Below are positions 1 through 7,451 of a DNA stretch of 64,000 nt, piece by piece (position 1 is the stretch's first letter; each line of letters starts with the position of its first letter). The translations under genes were made by a program, and so were the position numbers. The notes below the pieces were generated by a model. It was not told the DNA's origin. It saw nothing but the letters and a program-made list of their open reading frames with translations, and searched no databases. The stretch covers positions 1 to 64,000 of the IMG/VR virus record IMGVR_UViG_3300027749_000063. The stretch is one strand, 5' to 3'. Origin of the DNA: a virus.

Positions 1-113
1 TTGTTTGTAATACATGATTTTTAATATTAGAGGTTAAACATAAATTAAGGCAACAACTATGCCAATTGGTAATAATTAGAACCTAGGGTAAGATCTCTCC
101 TACCCTAGATTGA

Positions 114-560
114 TTAACGAACTACAACTTGATCTTTAGTAATAATAATACTACTAGTTCTCTCGATGTGAATGATAGTTCCGTGGAAATCTATCTTAAT
201 CATAGAATTAGCTACGTTTTCTTTGATTGTAGATAGTTTAGGAGCTACTGTAGGTGTTTGGATAGCTCCTAAAGCCATTTTATATGCTTTACGTGCTTTT
301 TGTTTCCGCAAGCGCCTTTTCGTTGCAACCATTCTTGCTGCAGGCTCACTCATTGGAATTAAACCTTGTTTAATCATTTCAGTTCTTACAAGATAAATAA
401 CACCTGCGTTTCTTAACTCAAAATACTGAGGATACTTAGCTTTTACCTCAGAAGCTTTTTTACCAGCTTTAAACTCTGTAAGTAACTCACTAATTGCCTG
501 CTCACTAAAGTTTAACTTGTGAAATGGCCTGTAATTGATTGTTTGTGTTTGGTTTTCCAT
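114..560 (-). CDS. hypothetical basic protein, possibly DNA-binding
   Basis: 148-aa ORF with a K/R-rich helix (KRRLRKQKARKAYK); A-rich leader; hairpin just downstream. Confidence 0.6.
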   Translation of the reverse strand: MENQTQTINYRPFHKLNFSEQAISELLTEFKAGKKASEVKAKYPQYFELRNAGVIYLVRTEMIKQGLIPMSEPAARMVATKRRLRKQKARKAYKMALGAIQTPTVAPKLSTIKENVANSMIKIDFHGTIIHIERTSSIIITKDQVVVR

Positions 561-590
561 AATTTTTTGTTTTTTGTTTTTGTTATTTTG

Positions 591-1121
591 TTATTTTTCA
601 AATGAATACACTATCATTGGGCTCTTGTTAGGGCTTAGATAGCGGTAGATTTCGGTTACTTTGTATCCACTAAAGTCTTCTAATAGTTTAGGAAATACAT
701 TGTAACGAAAGTCATCAAGGTCTTTAGCTCCATAGAATTCTAATTTGTTTCCAAATAATTCTCTTTTACCTTGAATGGTTAGACAAATAGTCTTAGCTGT
801 TGAATCTTGAAAGTAAGAGATGAAGGTATTTACAAGCATTGGACTTAGATTAATACATAAGTCTAGCCATACAAAGTCATATCTGCCCTTAAGGGTAAAG
901 ATGTCTCTGTTTAAATACTCTACATTTTGTGGTTTAAACTTTCTACCACGTTTGTAAGTTTCTGTGTCTAGTTCACAACAAGTGATTTTAGCATTAGGAA
1001 ACTTAGACTCAAAGAGAAAGTTGTCAGCAGGCAGGGATAATATATCCCCACCTGTATACTTTTGACTGATAATCTCTCTGACATCTTCTTTGACTGAATA
1101 GTCTTGAAAGTTAAATGACAT
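591..1121 (-). CDS. class I SAM-dependent methyltransferase-like protein
   Basis: Rossmann-like motif order: DILSLPAD, ITCCELD, NRDIF, YDFVWLDLC. Confidence 0.6.
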   Translation of the reverse strand: MSFNFQDYSVKEDVREIISQKYTGGDILSLPADNFLFESKFPNAKITCCELDTETYKRGRKFKPQNVEYLNRDIFTLKGRYDFVWLDLCINLSPMLVNTFISYFQDSTAKTICLTIQGKRELFGNKLEFYGAKDLDDFRYNVFPKLLEDFSGYKVTEIYRYLSPNKSPMIVYSFEK

Positions 1122-1141
1122 AATTTATCTGTTAGTTTGTT

Positions 1142-1516
1142 TTAGTCTTGCCAATCAATTACTGATACAACTTCAAGTCGCTCAATAAAAGTCTTAAGAT
1201 AGTTTTTACCTACTCTAATATTACCTAGAACAATGTCTGGTATTATTTCGTAGTCTTGAGGTACAACTACTTCTTCCCGTACAGAAATGATAGTTTGTTT
1301 AGTAGGAAGCTGAGTTAAGGTCTTTAAATACCTTTTCTCATCTAAGATAGAGTCAATGGTGAGATGTTTAAACATGTTACTGATTTCAACTTCTCTAACT
1401 CTCTCTAGTTTTTTAGAGATAAATCGCTTAGTCCTTCCTTGAATAGGAAGTACATTGATAAGAGACTCAGGACTAGCTGAATACACTTTTTCTGCTTTGA
1501 TAATTCTTTTTCTCAT
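1142..1516 (-). CDS. hypothetical protein
   Basis: 124-aa ORF in the co-oriented gene array. Confidence 0.6.
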   Translation of the reverse strand: MRKRIIKAEKVYSASPESLINVLPIQGRTKRFISKKLERVREVEISNMFKHLTIDSILDEKRYLKTLTQLPTKQTIISVREEVVVPQDYEIIPDIVLGNIRVGKNYLKTFIERLEVVSVIDWQD

Positions 1517-1559
1517 TCTGTATAGGTTTAATTATTAGGTTTGAAATAAATTAAAGCAA

Positions 1560-1591
1560 TAAAAAAGGGAAGCTCACACTCTTCCCTTTTT
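1560..1591 (-). terminator. intrinsic terminator
   Basis: AAAAAGGGAAG-loop-CTTCCCTTTTTT. Confidence 0.7.
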
Positions 1592-1937
1592 ACCCTAACA
1601 GATATGATTGCTTTAATATAGAAAATATGAAAAACTATAGTGTGAGTTCAGCAATAGTTTAAGATAACTAACGAGTGTTAGTTCTTGGTAGTCAAGATAA
1701 GCGCTAACTTACCTTGACTAATAAAGAAAAGCTTTAAGTTTTAAGGGTTACTGATTGAGTGCAATGAGTGACGCCTACCTACTATTAACCCTTTTTCGGT
1801 ATTTAAAACACTCTACTTCTCAATTACAGCTTAAATGCTTCTCTTTATAGTAAGAAGAAGCCCCAAAATCAGATCTTACGGTATGAAGTTGGGGACATTC
1901 TGTAGCCAAGAGATACTATCTCAAGGGGGGAACACTG

Positions 1938-1945
1938 CAAATATA
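1938..1945 (-). promoter_or_regulatory. Bacteroidota-type -7 promoter element
   Basis: TATATTTG (TAnnTTTG) upstream of a structured non-coding stretch. Confidence 0.55.
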
Positions 1946-1988
1946 CTTAAAAACTATAAATCAGAGAAGAGAAAAAGGAAAGAAGGGG

Positions 1989-2303
1989 TTAATCTTCTTT
2001 CAATATTGTAATCTCTGATCCTTTGTGTATATAGATAGGTCCTATATAACCGTCTTTGATGATGTATGTTCTTTCTTCTTCTGGTAACTTATAAGAGATT
2101 ACGTAGTTCCACTCAGAGAATTTAAAGACAAAGCAATCTAAGACTTTAGGAGAAGGATGTTTGCCTTCGCCTATCAGATCCTCTACAAATAATGTATCAG
2201 ATAAAGTAAGAGGCATCATACCCTCTAGACTTTTAATAGGGAATAGTTGGGCTTTCAGGTTACTGAAGCCACATACGATTAAGATTAAGAACAGTTTTTT
2301 CAT
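1989..2303 (-). CDS. secreted/periplasmic hypothetical protein
   Basis: Signal peptide MKKLFLILIVCGFSNLKA followed by Gln. Confidence 0.7.
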   Translation of the reverse strand: MKKLFLILIVCGFSNLKAQLFPIKSLEGMMPLTLSDTLFVEDLIGEGKHPSPKVLDCFVFKFSEWNYVISYKLPEEERTYIIKDGYIGPIYIHKGSEITILKED

Positions 2304-2306
2304 TAG

Positions 2307-2525
2307 TTACATGATATAATCTGTAGCTGCATGATGCAATTCTTTTAAAGATTGAGTTGCTTTCTCATACAATTCAATTAATTTAACTGAACTAGGATCG
2401 GGATTCTCATTGTTTGATTCTGTAAGAAACTCAATTCCTTCTTCTAAAGCACGTAATATTGAGCTAATCTCAAGATCTAGATTTAATACGTGTTCAAATA
2501 CATTTCCTGTTACCATTTTTACCAT
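2307..2525 (-). CDS. hypothetical helical protein
   Basis: 72-aa ORF tightly packed in the array. Confidence 0.6.
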   Translation of the reverse strand: MVKMVTGNVFEHVLNLDLEISSILRALEEGIEFLTESNNENPDPSSVKLIELYEKATQSLKELHHAATDYIM

Positions 2526-2550
2526 TTTATTTTTAGTTTAGTTTGTTTAG

Positions 2551-2622
2551 TAGCCTGTAGCGGATTCAAACCACTGTTGCCAAGATGAAATCTTGGAGTC
2601 CTAATCACTAGACGAACAGGCC
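2551..2622 (-). tRNA. tRNA-Glu (TTC)
   Basis: Acceptor stem GGCCTGT/ACAGGCT; anticodon arm CCAAG-ATTTCAT-CTTGG; T-loop TTTGAAT; no encoded CCA. Confidence 0.85.
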
Positions 2623-2636
2623 ATACTTAATTAAGC

Positions 2637-2813
2637 TTATCTATACTCTAGGAATTCTCCATGATAGTAACGCTTAGATTTTTTACCACAACCATGTGGT
2701 ACATTTTTAGAAGTTGCACAACCCTCTAAACAAATACAAATTGTAATTATTAAAGAGAACCATACAAGGGCTTTGAAGGCCGTACTTTCGCTAAAAGGAT
2801 TTTCTGGCTTCAT
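2637..2813 (-). CDS. small predicted lipoprotein (58 aa; not in the ORF track)
   Basis: MKPENPF...ALVWFSLIITICICLEG-C, a hydrophobic stretch ending in a lipobox-like motif. Confidence 0.6.
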   Translation of the reverse strand: MKPENPFSESTAFKALVWFSLIITICICLEGCATSKNVPHGCGKKSKRYYHGEFLEYR

Positions 2814-2905
2814 AGTCTTGAAATTACTAAGTAGTTAGCATAAGCATCTTCATAGGTCAAAGCCCAGATTCTGTAGCCGTCAATGATAAATAATTGTTTT
2901 TCCAT
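2810..2905 (-). CDS. 31-aa microprotein (not in the ORF track)
   Basis: MEKQLFIIDGYRIWALTYEDAYANYLVISRL; ATGA overlap with the next gene. Confidence 0.55.
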   Translation of the reverse strand: MEKQLFIIDGYRIWALTYEDAYANYLVISRL

Positions 2906-2908
2906 TTG

Positions 2909-3115
2909 TTAAGTTGTTAAAAGGTTAAGTTCGCCCTTAAGGGCATTAAAAGGATTCTGAGAGCCTACTTGATCCATTATCTCTCTTAGCTCTTGAGTAT
3001 GTTCTCTGAATTCTATTTCAGAAATAGCAGAAATCGCTTTGAGTACATCAAGTTGCATAAGTAAACGATAACCATTCTCTAGTTGGTTAATCTCTTCTTG
3101 AATTAAGTCATCCAT
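2909..3115 (-). CDS. hypothetical protein
   Basis: 68-aa ORF in the packed array. Confidence 0.6.
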   Translation of the reverse strand: MDDLIQEEINQLENGYRLLMQLDVLKAISAISEIEFREHTQELREIMDQVGSQNPFNALKGELNLLTT

Positions 3116-3118
3116 AGC

Positions 3119-3259
3119 TTATAAGAAGTGCCAGCTTTTAAAACCAGCAGAGTTAAGTCTTACCATAATTAATTTACCTTCCTTGTCATAAGCTCTTGCA
3201 AGGATTTTACCTAAAAGGATTTTAGGCTTCATAACGCTTAGTACTTGTTGATTAATCAT
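3119..3259 (-). CDS. 46-aa microprotein (alternative start at 3232; not in the ORF track)
   Basis: MINQQVLSVMKPKILLGKILARAYDKEGKLIMVRLNSAGFKSWHFL fills the gap between its neighbours. Confidence 0.5.
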   Translation of the reverse strand: MINQQVLSVMKPKILLGKILARAYDKEGKLIMVRLNSAGFKSWHFL

Positions 3260-3449
3260 TGCTCTTAGATTCTAAGTTATACAAATAAGCCATAACAGCC
3301 ATAAGACAAAGAGTTAAACACTCTACAGCAAAGATGTAATCAAAAGCATCTGTTCCTACTGCTCTAACTAAGTCAGGAATAGTAAGAAGAAATACAATAC
3401 CTGCACATACAGCGATGACAGATAAGAAAGTGGACGGTTTAATTTTCAT
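3252..3449 (-). CDS. small 2-TM membrane protein
   Basis: Two hydrophobic helices in 65 aa. Confidence 0.65.
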   Translation of the reverse strand: MKIKPSTFLSVIAVCAGIVFLLTIPDLVRAVGTDAFDYIFAVECLTLCLMAVMAYLYNLESKSND

Positions 3450-3473
3450 ATTTAGTTAGTTTTTGTTTTTAGT

Positions 3474-3755
3474 TTAGTTTGTTTTAAATTTAGATACTTG
3501 GTAAAGTAAATCTGCTAGTAGTTCTGGATCTAAATGATCCATAGAAAAGAACTGTTCGCTATCTTCTACATAAGTGATAGTCTTCCAAACATTATCTAGA
3601 GTTAACATTACCCAATCACCCTTAGAGTCCATAACAGTTAATTCTGCAACTTCGCTTTTATACTCACCTTCTTCATAGAATCCTAGTATTGCCATATAAC
3701 CATTTTTAAAATGTACAACAGTACCGTTTTGGTGTTTTTCAAATCCGTAATCCAT
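3474..3755 (-). CDS. hypothetical protein
   Basis: 93-aa ORF with an AAACT-repeat leader. Confidence 0.65.
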   Translation of the reverse strand: MDYGFEKHQNGTVVHFKNGYMAILGFYEEGEYKSEVAELTVMDSKGDWVMLTLDNVWKTITYVEDSEQFFSMDHLDPELLADLLYQVSKFKTN

Positions 3756-3856
3756 AAGTTTAGTTTAGTTTAAGTTAGTTAGTTAGTTTAGTTTATACTA
3801 GTTGGTATTATACCATTAGGTATAAAAAAGTTAAAAGAAGTTAAAAGAAGTTAAAA
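3756..3856. repeat. short tandem repeats: (T)TTAG array and AAGTTAAAAG x~3
   Basis: Visible at 3756-3797 and 3828-3856. Confidence 0.7.
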
Positions 3857-3909
3857 AAACTACAAGGTCCTCTAGACGTGTTAGTAGGATAAACCATACC
3901 TTGTAGTAG

Positions 3910-4026
3910 TAGTACATTTGGGATTCAAACCCAAGATAGTATCCATCAGCTCAACGATAAGCAGATACTCCCATTGGGGTGCCGTCATTCGTTGATTGGG
4001 AACGTGTGTCACCTCGCCTATGTACT
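3910..4026 (-). ncRNA. tRNA-like RNA with expanded anticodon loop and long variable arm
   Basis: AGTACAT/ATGTACT acceptor stem, TTGGG-TTTGAAT-CCCAA T-arm, TCCCA/TGGGA stem with 23-nt loop, GTATCT/GGATAC arm. Confidence 0.7.
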
Positions 4027-4540
4027 ATTTAAGATTATTTACCTACCAAGCCAAAAGTTCGCTTAGTCTTTGTAAGGACATCTTCTGGATAAAGAAGATG
4101 GTAATAAGAGAGAAGAGAGAAGACATAAGAATAAGGAAGAAAGGGAAAGGGTAATCCTTTAATGTCTTTTAATGTCTTTTAAGGTTATTTAACGTAAAGT
4201 CAACAATTTATATATAACGTACCATGTCAACCCCACAATTACCCACTTTTAAGTGTTAAATAGAAGATTGAAGGGAGTGGTTTCCCACTTTCTACCACTA
4301 CATATACCCCCCAATTGTCAGTAAAAAGTTAAACATTATGACAATTGTCTCCCAAAACACGGGGTTATGACTTACAAAAGTTAAACAAAACCTAAATCAG
4401 GTAGTTTGATGACATTAGACTGACAATATACCCGCAATATAAGAGAGAGATAAGAGAGTGATAAGAGAATTTAATTTCTCTTCTTCTCACTGCTGTCTGA
4501 TTACTGTCTGATTTAGGGGGTATTTCTACCCCCCTTCAGA

Positions 4541-5080
4541 TTAATCTTGCTCTACTGCTACGCTTTCTACCACATTCTCTGTGATAGCACTGAGGTCAGT
4601 CTTACGTACAAGGATGTCAAGCATCTCTGCATCGTAAGCACGAAGGAATGACTTACGGTAAATTGCTTTTCCGTTCTCGTCTGTTACCTTAGCACCTGAG
4701 CGGTCTTTCTTGTAGTTACTTTCGTAGACTACGGCTTGACCTTTGTCATTACCTACAACACCTAAAGCTACTGCTTCTGCAAGTGATGTTGTTTCGATTA
4801 CTTGAATACCATAGTTGTTGTTTACCAACTGTGATAGATTTACATCTAACTGAACAGGGGAGTCTTTGTCACCTGTAATAGTAGAAGCGTCCATTCCAAA
4901 AATCTTTGCGAACTTTTCTTCGCTAAAATTCTGAATGCAAGTCTTTGTCCATTCGCTACCTTTACCTGTAAAGACAGCCATAGGATTGTTGTTGCGAATA
5001 CCGCAAAGAACTGAGAGAGAGTTTGCTTTGTTGCGCCAAACGCTTAAAGCAATGATGGGAGAAATAGATGGGTTAAACAT
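4541..5080 (-). CDS. hypothetical protein (beta-rich, acidic tail; SSB-like function is speculative)
   Basis: 179-aa ORF, DENGKAIYRK motif, acidic C-terminus; terminator follows. Confidence 0.6.
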   Translation of the reverse strand: MFNPSISPIIALSVWRNKANSLSVLCGIRNNNPMAVFTGKGSEWTKTCIQNFSEEKFAKIFGMDASTITGDKDSPVQLDVNLSQLVNNNYGIQVIETTSLAEAVALGVVGNDKGQAVVYESNYKKDRSGAKVTDENGKAIYRKSFLRAYDAEMLDILVRKTDLSAITENVVESVAVEQD

Positions 5081-5155
5081 AGTAAGGTAGATAGGAGGAA
5101 ATCACAACGAAGCAAGGAAGGAGGAGACCACGTTAAATAAGCAAAAGAAGAAGCA

Positions 5156-5296
5156 TTACGCTTCTACCCAAATAATACCTTCGCAGGTCTTTATCCTTAA
5201 CCTTTTTACAATTCCGTTAAATGATATGCGACCTAAGATTGTTCCGTATGGTAGGCTTCTGCCTACGATAGGTAATGGTTTAAGTATATTGTACAT
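5156..5296 (-). CDS. 46-aa microprotein (not in the ORF track)
   Basis: MYNILKPLPIVGRSLPYGTILGRISFNGIVKRLRIKTCEGIIWVEA; preceded by the CTCTTCTC motif, followed by a hairpin. Confidence 0.55.
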   Translation of the reverse strand: MYNILKPLPIVGRSLPYGTILGRISFNGIVKRLRIKTCEGIIWVEA

Positions 5297-5332
5297 AGAT
5301 TAGAGAAGAGAAAAAGGGGCTTTAGCCCCTAA

Positions 5333-5707
5333 TTACGGATTACATGGGTCGAAAGTACTTATCTTTCTTACTGCCCAAGGATACTTTTCTTTCATCTTGT
5401 GTACAATGTGTTCAGACCAGTTTATTGCTAAGTTCTCATAAGCCCAGATAAAGTTCCTAGGATAAGTCTCAATACACTGCTCTACTGTAATTGAGTTAAG
5501 TTCAGGTTTCTTGAAGAACCAGCAATCATGACTAAGCATAGTTCTGTTACGCTTACCTGTTCTTTCTCCTTCACACCACCAATGGCTTATTCCTGTAGTT
5601 CTAATAGGTGCATTAGGTAGGTTTTCTTTAATCTGTTCTAAGTTTTGTTTTTGGTCTCTCTGAGCAATCATTGCTAGAGTTCTTTCTTGTATAGTTTGTA
5701 TATCCAT
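5333..5707 (-). CDS. hypothetical protein
   Basis: 124-aa ORF bounded by the CTCTTCTC motif and a terminator. Confidence 0.65.
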   Translation of the reverse strand: MDIQTIQERTLAMIAQRDQKQNLEQIKENLPNAPIRTTGISHWWCEGERTGKRNRTMLSHDCWFFKKPELNSITVEQCIETYPRNFIWAYENLAINWSEHIVHKMKEKYPWAVRKISTFDPCNP

Positions 5708-5749
5708 ACTAAGGAGAAGAGAAAAAACTACCCTGTTATGCAGGGTAGT

Positions 5750-5841
5750 GTAGGTAGTTAACCCGCTCTTGGTCTTACGTGAACAAACTATACGTTCACC
5801 GCACTGTGGCTTTGGTAATTATAGGAGTAGGATATACCTAC
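5750..5841 (-). ncRNA. candidate structured RNA or attenuator
   Basis: GTAGGTA...TACCTAC closing stem and GTGAAC/GTTCAC hairpin, between two terminators. Confidence 0.4.
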
Positions 5842-5867
5842 TAAATAAGAGAAGAGAAAAAAGATGC

Positions 5868-6191
5868 CTATTGGGCATCTCTTTCTGTTCCATAGTCTAT
5901 GTATCTACCATCAGGGTAAATCTCATAGTAATGCTCTACCTCACCCTTAGAGATAAGATAGATTTGGTCACAAGTCTTAGTACGTACAGTAAGTAACAAC
6001 TTACTATCAAGGTTAATCACACAATTCTTGATGTGATTAACACTCGCCAGTATGTTCTTACATACAGTACTATCGTCAGCAGTGATAGCACCAAAGGATT
6101 TAACTACGTTAATCTTTGGCTTAGTTGTCCTGCTTACTTGACCAGAAAGGGAAGCACACAACAGGAAGGATAGGAAGAAGAAGTATTTCAT
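5868..6191 (-). CDS. secreted hypothetical protein
   Basis: Signal peptide MKYFFFLSFLLCASLSG followed by Gln. Confidence 0.65.
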   Translation of the reverse strand: MKYFFFLSFLLCASLSGQVSRTTKPKINVVKSFGAITADDSTVCKNILASVNHIKNCVINLDSKLLLTVRTKTCDQIYLISKGEVEHYYEIYPDGRYIDYGTERDAQ

Positions 6192-6205
6192 AATAAAGAG
6201 AAGAG

Positions 6206-6229
6206 AAAAAGATAACCGAAGTTATCTTT
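6206..6229 (-). terminator. intrinsic terminator with cUUCGg loop
   Basis: AAAGATAAC-TTCG-GTTATCTTTTT. Confidence 0.75.
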
Positions 6230-6236
6230 ATTGTCA

Positions 6237-6461
6237 TTAGAAGCATCTTACTTGTTTGATTGAGATGTTCTTCATTTCATAGTACCATGATAACAACACC
6301 ACTCCAAATAGTCCTGCACATGCTACCACGAAGGCAGCAACCACAGTCTCTTCCTTCTCCAAGTATTGTACATCAAACATCATCACAACTACAATCATCA
6401 TGATTCCAACCAGAGACAACTTCTGCTGTCTCTTGTATTTTTTTACAAGTGTATCCATCAT
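6237..6461 (-). CDS. small 2-TM membrane protein
   Basis: Two hydrophobic helices in 74 aa. Confidence 0.65.
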   Translation of the reverse strand: MMDTLVKKYKRQQKLSLVGIMMIVVVMMFDVQYLEKEETVVAAFVVACAGLFGVVLLSWYYEMKNISIKQVRCF

Positions 6462-6694
6462 CTAGAGAAGAGGATACCCATAGGCAATCTTAGTAGGGGG
6501 TACCCTCAGCTTGTTTTTTAGGGTAGGGGGGAGCAATTATGTATCCCCCACCCTCTTATAACCATAAAGAAAAGTAGGGGTCTAAAAATTTTGGGTAAAA
6601 ATTTTGGGAGGAAAATCTGTTTCAGACTTACCTTTGGTTTATGTATATAAGTAATGAATTAGAGGAAACAGCTACCTGTAAGGTTTTGGTTAGT

Positions 6695-7381
6695 TTAATA
6701 GGTTCTAATTAGTTTAAGAATTGCTTCTTCTGTTTCTACCCAACTATGTTCTATTGCTTTGGTTACTGTATTTTCTATTTCAGAGATTAATCTAAGTTCT
6801 TTAGCCGAGGCTAAGTTACGCATTCCTTGGATGTGTTCTCCAAATACTCGTAAATTAATCTCTCTAGCGTACTTAGGGTAATCTGGTTTTTCTAAAACTC
6901 TAGATATTGCTCCGTTCATAGGTTTGAACTTATCTCCTGCTTCCATCCTATCAAAGATTAAACTATCAGTCAACCAAATAACAACCTTAGCATATAACAT
7001 AGGATTAAGTTCCATAGCAATTAGAGTCCAGATGTAAGAATCGCATACTACGTTTCTATTTTCTCCTCTTCCTGTGGTCTTCCAAACACCTAGTTTTTTT
7101 AAGTAGTTTATAAGTCCTTGACTTTCAATCATTTCGGTAAAAACGTGAAAAGACGTTTTTATGAGATCCCTCTCATTGAGTAGGTGATATACTTTCTCTT
7201 GGGTAAATCTGAATTGTAATATATCATTAACTCTTCTTTCATTCCAGCCATGCATCCACCTAGCTTTCTCATAGGCTTGTTGAAGGTCTGTTACAGACAT
7301 AAATCCATTTTTTGTTTCTTGTCTTACCTTAATCCCAAACACTTCCCTGTCTGTAGATTGCATTGTTACATTTGTTTTCAT
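6695..7381 (-). CDS. KilA-N domain DNA-binding protein
   Basis: KVRQETKNGFMSVTDL, TTGRGE..V, IAMELNPMLYAKVVIW match the KilA-N pattern; TATATTTG promoter at 7395-7402. Confidence 0.8.
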   Translation of the reverse strand: MKTNVTMQSTDREVFGIKVRQETKNGFMSVTDLQQAYEKARWMHGWNERRVNDILQFRFTQEKVYHLLNERDLIKTSFHVFTEMIESQGLINYLKKLGVWKTTGRGENRNVVCDSYIWTLIAMELNPMLYAKVVIWLTDSLIFDRMEAGDKFKPMNGAISRVLEKPDYPKYAREINLRVFGEHIQGMRNLASAKELRLISEIENTVTKAIEHSWVETEEAILKLIRTY

Positions 7382-7451
7382 AAGTTTATAAATACAAATA
7401 TATAAAGAAATTACTTTAGTTTATATTAGTTTATATTAATTTATACTTCTC

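Noticed and set aside
1745-1795. Hammerhead ribozyme near CTGATTGAG
   Set aside because: Core deviates from CUGAnGA and there is no correctly placed GAAA
2578-2598. Opal-suppressor (TCA) reading of the tRNA
   Set aside because: The 7-nt loop ATTTCAT centres TTC at positions 34-36, which is Glu
1963-6475. CRISPR array or integron from the repeated motif
   Set aside because: The repeat is only 8-14 nt, spacing is irregular and gene-sized, and there is no cas or integrase gene or attC-like structure
6629-6712. + strand TACCTTTG box with a tiny ORF converging on the KilA-N gene
   Set aside because: No clear -33 element and the ORF is too short to support
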